A stretch of 64,000 bases of DNA. It comes from Octopus bimaculoides (taxonomy: Eukaryota). The DNA lies in NCBI RefSeq assembly GCF_001194135.2, contig NC_068981.1, forward strand, positions 65,526,522 through 65,590,521, in the 5' to 3' direction. The position numbers were made by a program, and so were the translations under genes. Under the pieces are notes generated by a model. That model was not told where the DNA came from. It ran no database searches and saw nothing but the letters and a program-made list of their open reading frames with translations. Below are positions 27,269 to 38,644 of this stretch, one piece after another (position 1 is the stretch's first letter; each line of letters starts with the position of its first letter).

Positions 27269-27543
27269 CAGTAATATCTCACTTTACAAGAACCCACTTT
27301 ACAAGACCCTGGGTTTATGAGTTTTATTTTATAATAAATATAACAAACTAAGCAGCCATTTTGTGTGTGCGACAACATCGCAACATGTGGCAACACTGGT
27401 TCTGATACTTATACACAGCAACAGAGTAAAATGATGGCATAAAATTTCATTGCTGTTATGGGAAATTATTGTTCTGTTTTACAGGTTTTCACTTTACAAG
27501 TGGTCTCTGGGAACAAATTAACTCGTATATCGAAGCCTTGCTG
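27269..27543. mobile_element. Tigger-like MITE with TA target duplication
   Basis: TA|CAGTAATATCTCACTTTACAAG at the left end and CTCGTATATCGAAGCCTTGCTG|TA at the right end form degenerate CAG..TC..TAC.AG TIRs. The motif cactttacaag is repeated subterminally. Confidence 0.5.
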
Positions 27544-27649
27544 TAATTACTAATATAGCTTTAGTAAACATAGTACTGTAGCGTATTTCATTTTGTGAAT
27601 TTCTAAAGGAGAATTATACAATATTATTTTTCACTTTCCTATCATCATC

Positions 27650-27985
27650 ATCGTTTAATGTCTGCTTTCCATACTGGCATGGGCTGGATTTCAGTTAACT
27701 CGGCCGGTTATGCGGCACTGCTATTGACCACAGCTATGATCTCACTTGGCTTTCCAGGTCTCCTCAAGCACAGCATATCTCCAAAGGTCTTGGTCACTTG
27801 TCATTGCCTCTGAGACCCAACGTTTGAAGGTTGTGCTTCACCACCTCATCCCATGTCTTCCTGGGTCTACTTCTTCCACAGGTTCCCTCCACTGTTAGGG
27901 TGTGACACTTCTTCACACAGCTGTCCTCATCCATACACAACACATGACCATACTAGCACAGTCATCTCTTGCACACTACATCTGT
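27650..27985 (-). mobile_element. 5'-truncated RTE 3' fragment
   Basis: Reverse complement aligns by eye to 58740-58980 (ggatgaggacagctgtgtgaagaagtgtcacaccc...agacccaggaagacatgggatgaggtggtgaagcac) and carries a (gat)n tail. Confidence 0.7.
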
Positions 27986-30525
27986 ATAGGCATGGTTGTG
28001 TTGTTACCAAATTTGCTTTGTGACTGTATGTGGTTTCAGTTCCAATGCATGGCATCATGAACAAGTGTCCTTTTCTGCAGGCTCAGGTTGAGCAATGCCT
28101 TGTGATAGAAATTGATTGGCAAAAATTTGAGGAGACCTGTACTATGTGTGTGAGGTTGGTGGCGAAGTGTAATTCCACATGGTTTTCATTAACTGCATTT
28201 GAGCAAAATCTTTTACATTCTCCAGCAGACATGTTAATTAAGTTGGTTTCAACACCTGAGGACCTATGGGATGAAAAGAAAAGAAAGACCTTACTTGATG
28301 GGGCTGGGGTGGGGGGCGTTGGCATGCAAATAAAGGTTTGGCAACAGAAAAAGCATCTGGCCATAAAATATCAATATCCGTCTCAACTGGTCTTCTCTAA
28401 TCTATGCAAACATGCTTGTACAATACAAAAGCATGAAAATGAACAAACCACATCACATAGCATTTTGAATTCTTATTTATAGTATTTAAATTTTGATGAC
28501 AAACTGTCAACTAAATAAATATCAAGAACCATGGTATTTGAACATTTAGTAATCAGTGTATTCTTGTTTATAAATAAATAAATATCAATACCTGTATTTT
28601 CAAACCTATACTTCACATAGGATATAAATAGTCATAGATAAGAAATGTGTGGTTTTGAATTAGATAACACATGTCAAAGTTCAACTTAGGTTTGATTGTA
28701 AGTATAAAAACTGTTTCTAAATTTTGAAGTTTGTAAACAACAGTATTATATTAATCTTAACGATTAAACAATTGTAGTAACCCACTCATACGGTTTATCA
28801 CTTGAGATTTAAAAAATCCACGCTATCTTTGTTGTCATGATAGTGTGAAGTATCTAACATCACATTGAACTAAATTTAGTTAAATAGTATTATACTTTGA
28901 GTGAATGCAAATGTAAACACAAGCCAATCACCTTCAAACTATCTTACAAGAAAGGTTACATTGAATAATGTAGTCGTACTTTCCTCCTACTTTCAAAATT
29001 ATCAGAGAAAGATTTTGGTTCCCTCATTATTATTGAAAAAGCAAAACAGTTTACATTCATAGATCTTTCTTTCTTCATTATAATGTTGGTGGACAAGGTT
29101 TTAAAGTTGTTGTTGTTTTTGTTTACCTTCAGGTCGGCTGAGATTGAACAGACTTAACTCTCTAAAGGCATTCTAACTATGACCATCTCATCATAAGTTA
29201 TACACAATTACATTATTCAATGCATTAGTTATTTTCCTTAGCAGCTGGGTGTGATTTGATGAAGATTTGGTTGCTATTCTTAGCAGGTCAAATGACCATA
29301 TAAAGACACTATCACTGGCTCATCATATGTCTGTACTTTCTCGTGGTAGCTACAGTGGCAGCAGGACATACTGAGAGTGTTGTCCTTGAATATATTTATG
29401 GTAGGCATCCCATAATGTTAGTTGGCTAAAACTACAGAAGCCTGAACTAAGTGATTAATTCTGTTCAACCTTGTCAATTCATATCCCAAGTTTCAAATTT
29501 TGCTAGGATCATGTTTACCTTTAAGGTCAATTTGTTTTTCACCTTAAGATAAAATTGTTTTTTTCTTTGATTGACAATACTACATTTCTTCATTAATTTG
29601 CCTTGTGCCTAAATAAATCCTTATTCATATTCTCATTGAATCATCTTGCATCACATTGCTGGTGATAACATCTGTCAATTCCTTCCAAACTATTTGATGA
29701 AGTCTGTGTTTAAAAGTAGACTGAAAGCTTCAGTCTTCATGTTGAATGACTAAAAATAGCGGTTCTGTGTTTTAATGGGATTTTTTGAAATGGATATTAT
29801 GAAATGTCTCAACCATGTGGAACATTCTGTCTAAAAAGAAAAAAAAATGCATGTTGACTAAATTATATTTTCCCTCCTGTTGAAAAGCTACCTAAAAGGG
29901 ACAACAGAAAGTCTTTTTGTTGTCTGCCATTTTCTTATGATATAACTGAAGAGCTTGACAATGACTATCATTTTTACCCTCTGCCAGCTGTTCTCAGACA
30001 AAGCTTATTGCACAGAGGTAGCCAGTTAACTTCTTTATGGCAATTTATACATTTTGTTGCTCAGATATCCTGTATTTCAGCTGCATGTACACTCTGCAAT
30101 ATTGTGGTGAACTATAAAAGATACACAGCTTATGTCAAGAGCTAGTAGTATATATGGCAGATTTTACTCTTTTTTAAACTTTGGAAACCTTTATCTGGTG
30201 GGATTTGATTAAAGCAAGGCAATAAGGATGGTTAATAAGTGATTACACCAAACTTTCACATGTAACATCCATAGAAACTCAATTAAACACTCACATACAA
30301 AAAAAAAAAAGATAAAAAATAAGAAAGAAATGCAGCTATAATCATCCTACCTCAGTTTCAAATGACATTCCCTTTTTCAGTTTGATATCAGCCAAAACTG
30401 TTTCACAAGTGTCTCTGCCAATTTTTCTTTGGCTAAGATATTTATACCAAGATATATATATATATATATATATGAAGGCACTTGGCTAAGATATTTATAC
30501 CAACATATATATATAAATATATATA

Positions 30526-30860
30526 TATGAAGGCACATGGCTCAGTGGTTAGAGCATCAGGTTCACAATCATGAGGTAGTGAGTTCGATTCGTGGACTGG
30601 GTTTGTGTTCTTGAGCATGATGCTTTATTTTGTGTTGCTCCAGTTCACTCAGCTGTAGAAATGAGTTGCAATGTCACTGGTGCCAAACTGTATCAGACTT
30701 TGCCTTTTTCCTTGAATAACATCGGTATCATGAAGATGGGAGGCTGGTGTGCATGGGCCACTGCTGGTCTTCCATAAACAACCTTGCTCGGACTCGTGCC
30801 TCAGAGGGGAACTTTCTAGATGCAATCCCATGGTCATTTATGAATGAAGGAGGTCTTTAA
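30526..30860 (+). mobile_element. Full-length tRNA-derived SINE, family B (CORE/Meta-like central domain)
   Basis: A box TGGCTCAGTGG (30538-30548) and B box GTTCGATTC (30583-30591), core cttgagc...ttgctccagttcactcagctg. Antisense relatives lie at 885-1175, 33230-33400 and 35975-36110. Confidence 0.75.
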
Positions 30861-33469
30861 CCTTTGCTCTAATATACGTATATATATATATATGAGAGTA
30901 AGTATAGTGTACTAGGTATGATTGTTCTTAGAAATTACTTGTAGAATAAAAATGTTATTTGTATGTTCTGGGGAAGTTCAGTACCTAGCTTGTGCAAGGA
31001 TCCTCAAATTGAGAAATAACCTGCATGTATAAAAATGGGAGTTTTTTCCATGATGGTGTGAAATGTGTGTGGTGTACTCCGACTTCTCCCCATTGCACCA
31101 TCACATGAATGCATCATCTCCTTTTCTGTTTCTCTGTTCCCCTAGTTTCTCGTTCTGCTGGAGTCTGAATTAAATTAATTGTTTGTGAATGTGGCAAAAA
31201 TCAGTATTGTCAACTATAAAACATACTTTCAGTTGATCTTTAAAAATCACCTGATGATTGTTTACCATAGCTAGTAGTAATGCTGTTGTTGTGGCTACTT
31301 GGCTCCACATCAACCCTAATAATGGAAACATAATCAAAAACATTCCAAAAGTGACAATCCCATCTTTTTTTATTATTATTTTTCAGCATAGTATGTCTAA
31401 GACTACATTTTCCAGTGTGTGCTCTCCTATTATCTATTTTCAAAAACAGGAGAGTGTGTTATGAAGGAGATTTGTTTTGTTATTTCTAACAGGTCAAGCA
31501 ACTATGAGTCATGTAGTGCATTTTGGCAAACATATTTAATATATATATTTTCTAAACAGCTCATTAGGATAAGCTTATAAGATACTAATGTTTTCTTTTG
31601 GCATCTTTGTATTTGTTGTTGCTGTTACTGGGACACAGGATATGGTCCTCGTAGAATATTGGAATCATTATACATTTTGTTGTCTCTTTAGACTTGCATT
31701 TACATATGCATTCATATTTGGGCATTCACATCTGCACACATTCACACAGCTATATACACACATATTCATATATATATATATATATACTCATCTTTTCACA
31801 TCATACAGTTTGCCAATGACTAGCAGTTTCATTTTTGAATGCAGCAATACTAGCTGGGCAAAGAACACCTATAATAAAATGAATCCATAGATCTGATGAT
31901 GGAACAGCTGAAACCCTTTGTGTCTAAAGCAATGCTTGGTTCATTTTGTTTTGTGTGTTTGGATTTGCAACTGAGAGAAAAATAAATACTCAATGAACGT
32001 AGTTGAATTGTTGGATTTATTTGAAGCTGAGGTTTTATTCTACGGCTGCTCTGAACACCCCATTTCCATTCTTCACAACAATCAAAATATTCAGGTTTCT
32101 CTTACTTGTGTCAGTCATTGGACTGCAGCCATGCTTGTGCCTGACCTTGAAGGGTTTTAGTTAAATTAATCCCAGTACTTGTTTTTCTTTTTGTTTTGTT
32201 TTCTTTTTTTTTTTTTGAGCCTGGTGAATCTTATTCAGTTGCTCCCTTTTGCTGAACTGTTAATTACAGGGATGTAAACAAGCTAACACCAGTTGTCAAG
32301 TAGTGGCAGATGACAAGCACACACACATAATGGGCTTCTTTCAGACTGTCAACCAAATCCACTTGCAAGATTTTGATCAGCCCAAGGCCATCATAGAAGG
32401 TGCTACCCAGAGCCATGTGGTTAGGAAGCAAACTTCTTATCACACAGCCATGCTTTGAGTCCCTGGATTTTCTGTCACTTACCGTAGGCCAATTTCTATT
32501 TATAGTATCTACTGCTGCATACTGTTTATGGACTAGGCTGCACATAATCACTCTACTTCTTGAACAGTTTGTTGTTGATCAGTTGGGTAATACAGTAAGA
32601 ACTTTCAAAATGGTATTTTTGTTGCTTAGTTCAAAGTTAACTCTGACCAAGCAGAGCAGACCTTTGATCAATAGTATTCTAGTAATGATCATTTCACTTT
32701 ATTTCCAGTCGTGGTATATCTGGGACTACATTCTCTACTCTATCCTTGTTTATGATGATAGGATGTGACAAGAGGAAATTTTGCAGCTATTTCTAGTTGA
32801 TTGAATGACTATATAAAGGCTCCCTTGTTAGTTCATTGTCAGTATGATGTTTTCTACTGGTTGTAGAATATTATCTCATTTGTAACTGAAAGTACTCTAA
32901 AAGATACTTCTTTTTCATGTTTACATTTTGACAAAATTTCATATTCAGCATCACAAAATGTTGCATATGGCATGTTGAATATTGAATGTTAGGAGCTGAA
33001 GTTTCACCTGTAGACCAGGATAAATTGAGGTGGTTGATTCTTTTTTCCATTCTGACATGGAAAAACAGATATAGAATTATAATGTTGTTAAAACTCAGCC
33101 ATTACTTTTGAGTATGATCTTATGTCTTGTACCATGCTTCTGGTAGTTGTTTTAAGTATCCATAAAGTTGCAAGCAGGCACAAACAAACTCTTGGCTCTC
33201 CCACAGTTAGGATATGAAATCTGGAGGGAGAAAGAACTGCATCAGCAGTTGGCTGGTAAAGCAACACAAATTTTAGCTGAGTAGACTGGAGCAATGTAAA
33301 ATGAAGTGCCTTGCTCAAGGATGCAATGCACTGCCTCATCCAGGAATCAAACCCATGACTTAACCATGAACCCAGTACCCTAACTACCTGCCACACCTCT
33401 TCAGTCAAATTATACATGTATGCCTATTTTTTTTTATTTACTATTTATCTATTTTTATTTATTTTGCAG

Positions 33470-33786
33470 GTCTTTTCAGTTTTTCTTCCCAACCGGAATC
33501 TCATCAGAGGTGTATGATCAAGGACTTCATGGAGCAGGCTATGCAGAATTCAGAGGATGGGAAATTTTTATATTTTTTACAGGCACCAGGCCCTGGAATG
33601 CCACCAGTTCCCATTCGTCTGCTATATCCTGTATCTCGCTTCTCCTCCATTTCCTCACTCATGCATCTGTGCCGCTTCTCCATCTTGGGCTTTGTACGTC
33701 GTGACCTTATCGATAATCTACCGATTCCCGAGAGCCTGAAGCTTTACTTAAAAGAAAGCCAGTATTTTGTGGAAACTCTGCAGTAA
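33470..33786 (+). CDS. SOCS7: Terminal coding exon of a suppressor of cytokine signalling 7 (SOCS7/SOCS16D-type) gene: C-terminal SH2 half plus SOCS box
   Basis: A polypyrimidine tract and ttttgcAG acceptor end at 33469. With a phase-1 intron the exon reads (G)LFSFSSQPESHQRCMIKDFMEQAMQNSEDGKFLYFLQAPGPGMPPVPIRLLYPVSRFSSISSLMHLCRFSILGFVRRDLIDNLPIPESLKLYLKESQYFVETLQ* (TAA 33784-33786). The GKFLYFL...P.P..LLYPVSRF segment resembles SOCS7 more than SOCS6. The BC box (SLxHLCRxxI) and Cul5 box (LPxP) are present. Confidence 0.9.
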
Positions 33787-34155
33787 GTGGAAAGCACTGA
33801 AACAACACATACATAACACATCTACTTTACATGTACACAGAACAAAGGAAATGGAATACAACTCGTATTGTTGCTCACAAAGGATCAACTGAGTTAAATT
33901 TCATTGCCTAACTCAACTCCCTCTCCATACTACCATTTTTCCACAAACACACACCCTTTCTTTCTCTATATATATGTATATATATATATATGTGTATGTA
34001 TATATAAATATATATACATACATAACTAAATACACCTTCAGTTAATTCATTGCTACACAGCTTAGCATTAGACTATTGTTCTTTTTGTGCGTGTGTGAGG
34101 TGAGTTTTTTGTTTTGTTTGTTTTTCTCAGTTATTACTGATTCTTGAAGACACAA

Positions 34156-34161
34156 AATAAA
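34156..34161 (+). promoter_or_regulatory. Candidate polyadenylation signal (AATAAA) for SOCS7
   Basis: AATAAA about 370 nt after the stop, with T-rich sequence downstream. AATAAA is common in this AT-rich DNA, so support is weak. Confidence 0.2.
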
Positions 34162-34484
34162 TCATTTAAAAAAAAAATTAACCAGAGGTTGAAAATTAAT
34201 AATACTAATAATTGATTTCTTTCAATTTTTCCTTTGTTCTTTTCTTTATTTTCTTTTTTCTTTTTACACATTAAACCTAATGTCATTGTTTGTAAAGAAA
34301 GGAATGGTATAGGTGAATGAATATCAATTCCAGTATATTACTGGTATATAATGTTTTATATTTTCTTCTCCCTCCTCTTCCTGTACTTCTCATGGTGGAA
34401 GATGGGGACTGAATTCAGAAAAGATTAAGTTAATGAACTTAAAGTGCATAAAGAATCTTGGCTGGTTTGCCACTTACTGTATTA

Positions 34485-37400
34485 ACATGGTGAGGTAAGC
34501 TGCAGAAAATGTTAGAGCATAAAAAAAAAATGGCATTGCATTATCTGTTTTGACTCTTAGTTGAAATACACCGGATTTAACTTTACCTTTCATCCCTCTG
34601 AGGTCAATAAAATGAAGTAGCAGTCAAGGACTGAGGGTCAATGATATCAACTAACCCCCTCCCCTCAAAATCATTGGCCTTGTGCCAAAATCAGAAACCA
34701 TTATTGCTATTGTTATTGCAGCAAGCTGGAGGAATCATTACCATGCCAGGCAAACTGCTTCGCATCATTTTGTCTGTCTTTATGTTTTGAGTTCATATTC
34801 TGCTGAGGTCGACTTTGCCTTTCATCCTTTTAGGGTCGATAAAATAAGTACCTATTGAGGTCAATGTAATCAACTTATCCCCTCCCCTGGAATTGCTGGA
34901 CTTTTGCCAAAATTTGAAATTATTATTATTATTATTATTATTATTTATTGTGGTGAACTGCCAAAATCATTAGTAGACCGGACAAAATGTTTAGCAGTAT
35001 TTCATTCATCTTTACATTCTCAGTACAAATTCTACCAAGGTCAACTTTTTTTCATCCTTTCTGGGTCAATAAAATAAGGACCAATTGAGCACTGGGGTCA
35101 ATGTAATCAACTAGCTCCCCTCCCCCAAAATTTCAGGTCTTGTGTCTAGAGTAGAAAGGATTATTATCTTTATTATTATTATTATTATTATTATAATTAA
35201 GGTGGCAAGCTGGCACAATCATTAACACGCTGGGCAAAAATGCCTCACAGCATTTCGTCCGTCTTCACATTTTGAGTTCAAATTCTGCCCAGGTCAACTT
35301 CACCTTTCATCCTCTCATGGTTGATAAAATAAGTACCAGTTGAACACTGGGGTTGATGAAATCGACTTGCCCTCTCCCCTGAACTTGCTGGCCTTGTGCC
35401 AAAATTTTAAACCATTATTGTTATTATTATTATTATTGTTATTATTATTATTATTATTAAAGACAGAATTGTTAGAGAGACAGACAAAATGCTTTGCAGT
35501 ATTTCTTCTGACTCTTCACATGCAGGCTCCAAATCTTGCTGAGGTTAATTTTGCCTTTCATCCTTTCAGGGTCAGCAAAAGAAAGTAAAATTGAAATTAC
35601 TGGGATCAATGTAATTGATTAACCCCCACCTCTCAAAATTATGAGCCTTATGCTTAAATTAGAAACAATTAGTATTATGGTGTTGGTAACGAATAGCAAT
35701 ATCACTAAGGTACCAGACAAAATGTTCAAAGCCGAGATTATTTTTTTCCCCCTTTTATTAGCAGTCTAATTATGCAACCTGGGAGGGCTTACACCCTCCC
35801 CCTGCTGCCCTTAAGTAGATTACTGGAACTTCAGCTACCATGGCTGGACTTGGGATGAATCCTGGATTCGATTGGGGTTGCCCTCTCCAAACAGGTGGGA
35901 TTTGAACTCAAAATGTAGAAAGCCAGAAGATATAACTGTAAAGCATCTCTGCCAATGCACCACTGATTCTGCCACTCTCCTACCCACAGAGCAAGGTGAA
36001 ATGAAGTGTTTTGCTCAAGAACACAATGCACCACTCAATCCAGGAATTGAACCCACAGTTTTACGATTGTGAGGACAACATCCTAACCACTAAGCCACAC
36101 ACCTTCACTAACAGTCTAGTACTGGGTTCTATATAATCAGCTATAGACCCCCCACCACTAAAATGTGTGGCCTTGTGCCTGTGTTAGAAATCTTTATTAT
36201 TTTTTAAAATAAAAGCAACAGGCTGGTAGTATTGTTGGCATGATGGACAAAATGTTTAGCAGCATTCCTTCTGACTTTATGCTCTCAATTCAAACACTGC
36301 CAAGGTCAACTTTGCTTTTCATCCTTCTGGGACTGATAAAATAAAGAACCAGTCAAATACTGGGGGCGGTGTTATCAAGTAATCCTCCTCCCCTAAAATT
36401 GCTGGCCTTGTTACAAAATTTGAGATCATTTATTAAAAACGAAAATAAAAGATTTATAATGTTGTTGGTTGGTTGGTTGGTTGGTTACATAAATGTTAGA
36501 GAAATGGACTAAATGCTGTGCAGTATTGAGCTATTGATATTTATGACCTGAGTTCAAATGCTACCAGGGTCAGCTTTGCTGTCATCCTTTCACAGTTGAT
36601 AAAATAAAGTACCAGTTAAGTATTAGGATTAATTTAATTGACTAACAATGTTTCCCCTAATTTTTGGCCCTGTGCCTTGGTTTGAAACAGCTGTTGTTAT
36701 TATTAAAAATGGCAGTGAGCTGGCAGTATTGTTAGCACATCAGGCAGAATGCTTTGTGGCATTTCATTCATCTCAACGTTCTGAGTTCAAATCCTATCGA
36801 GGTCAACTTTGCCTTTCATCTTTTCAGGGTCAATAAATTAAGTACCAACTACTGGGGTTGGTGTAATCAACTAGTTCCCTCCCTCCAAATTTCAGGCCTT
36901 GTGCCTATAGTAGAAAGGATTATTATTACCATTAAAGGTGGTGAGCTGGCAGAATCATTAGCATGATGGACGAAATGCTTAGCAGTATTTCACCTGTTGC
37001 TACATTCTGTTCAAACTTCACCGAGGTTGACTTCGCCTTTCACCCTTTCAGGGTTGATAAATTAAGTACCAGTGAAACACTGGGGTCGATGTAATCAACT
37101 AGCCCCCTCCCACAAAATTTCAGACCTTGTGCCTATAGTTAAAAGGATTATTATTATTATTATTAAGGCAGTGAGCTGGCCAAATCATTAGTGTGCCAGG
37201 CAAAATGCTTAATGACATTTTGTCCATCTTTATGTTCTGAGTACCAGTCAAGTTATGGAGTTGTTGTAACTGACTAACTCCCACCTCTGAAATTGCTGGC
37301 CTTGTGCCAAAATTTGAAACTGTTATTATTGTTAAAAGGGTAGTGGTTTGGTAGAATGCCTTGCAGTATTGAGATGCATTACTTTAACTTCTGAGTTCAA

Positions 37401-37535
37401 ACTCCATCAAGGCTGACTTGGCCTTTTTTTTTTTCCAGGGTCAAAAAATAAAGTACTGGATCAGTATAATCAACTAACCCCCTAACCCCAGATTTGTGGT
37501 CTCGTGCCTAAGTTAGAAACAATTGTTATTATTAA
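34485..37535 (+). repeat. Head-to-tail array of about 12 Nin-domain-type tRNA SINE units separated by (TTA)n
   Basis: Recurring unit of about 230-260 bp: ggtggcgagctggcagaatcgttagc...gttctgagttcaaattc...gaggtcgactttgcctttcatcctttcggggtcgataaaataagtaccagt...ggccttgtgcc...agaaaggattattatt. The unit count was made by eye. Confidence 0.8.
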
Positions 37536-38588
37536 AAATAAAATATTTTTTCGAATTTTTTTTTTTTTTCCACTTTTAAACAGACCCCTACTTCCCACCA
37601 AAAAACTGACTGTGAACAATATTTTTTTCTTTCTTTTTATGAGAATGTAGGATCCAGGTGGGTGCTATGAAGAAAAAATTGTAAAGTCTTTTTAACAAGT
37701 TATTTTATTTTTATTAATTTTTTTTCTTTGTTGTGTTGTTATATATTGATTGCTTAAAGAAGATGAAGAAGAAAAACAAAAAAATATTAACTACAAAATT
37801 GGAAAGGAAGAAAAAAAAACTTAAGGTAATATTATTATATCGTGGGAGAAAACACTGATAAGAGAATAACAGCAAAACAAAAATAAAACGTGTATATTGC
37901 AGAAACAAGCAACAAAACAAAACTTTACATTGTTACTTAATGGAAGACACTTTTGTACATACACACATATACACATGTATATACACATATACAGACATAT
38001 TGACACATATAAATATAAAATTTCAGAGGAGATTGGCTAAACCAGATTTAAAAAAAAAAAACAAACAAAGAAAAATAAACAAAGATCTGTGGTTAGCTCT
38101 ACTCTCCAGCTAAGCAATGCAAAAGGGCTGAATTTTCTATTCAACTTCATTAAGTGGGTGAGAGGAAAATATATGTATATATATATGTATATATATATAT
38201 CACCTAACAGACAGTCACCACTCATCTTATCATGCCCGCCTCCATTTAATGTATTCCTGAAGCTGTGTTGCACTTTTTGGCAGAGAGTGCATGCTGATAT
38301 TTCAGGCAAATGTTGTTGTTTTTTTTTTTTAACCATAACCCCTACCCCCACCCCCTCGACACCTACATGCATGTGTTTGTATATGCATAACTATATCTCT
38401 CTATCCATCTTTCTATCAACCTATATATATATATATACACACACACATATATAAATGCATACATAGGCACAAACAGGGCTATGTTTGCTTATATATGTAT
38501 ATGTATGTATATATATGTATATATATATATATGTATATATATATGCATATATATATATATATTATGTGTGAGTGTGTGNNNNNNNNNN

Positions 38589-38644
<56 letters not shown>

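Noticed and set aside
31145-31180. Pyrimidine tract plus AG followed by FLVLLES, resembling FLVRDS
   Set aside because: A stop follows within 10 codons and there is no further SH2 similarity or donor site.
31885-31930. ctgatgatggaacagctgaaaccctttgtgtc resembles a hammerhead core (CUGAUGA...GAAAC...GUC)
   Set aside because: There is no convincing stem II, and the flanks (catagat / taaagc) do not form stem I. It is probably chance.
33420-33739. Overlapping alternative ORFs at the SOCS7 exon (33420-33704 and 33557-33739)
   Set aside because: They are off-frame shadows of the real exon with no recognisable motifs.
34485-37535. Regularly spaced repeats superficially like a CRISPR array
   Set aside because: The units are about 250-bp degenerate SINEs with microsatellite spacers in eukaryotic DNA, and no cas genes are present.
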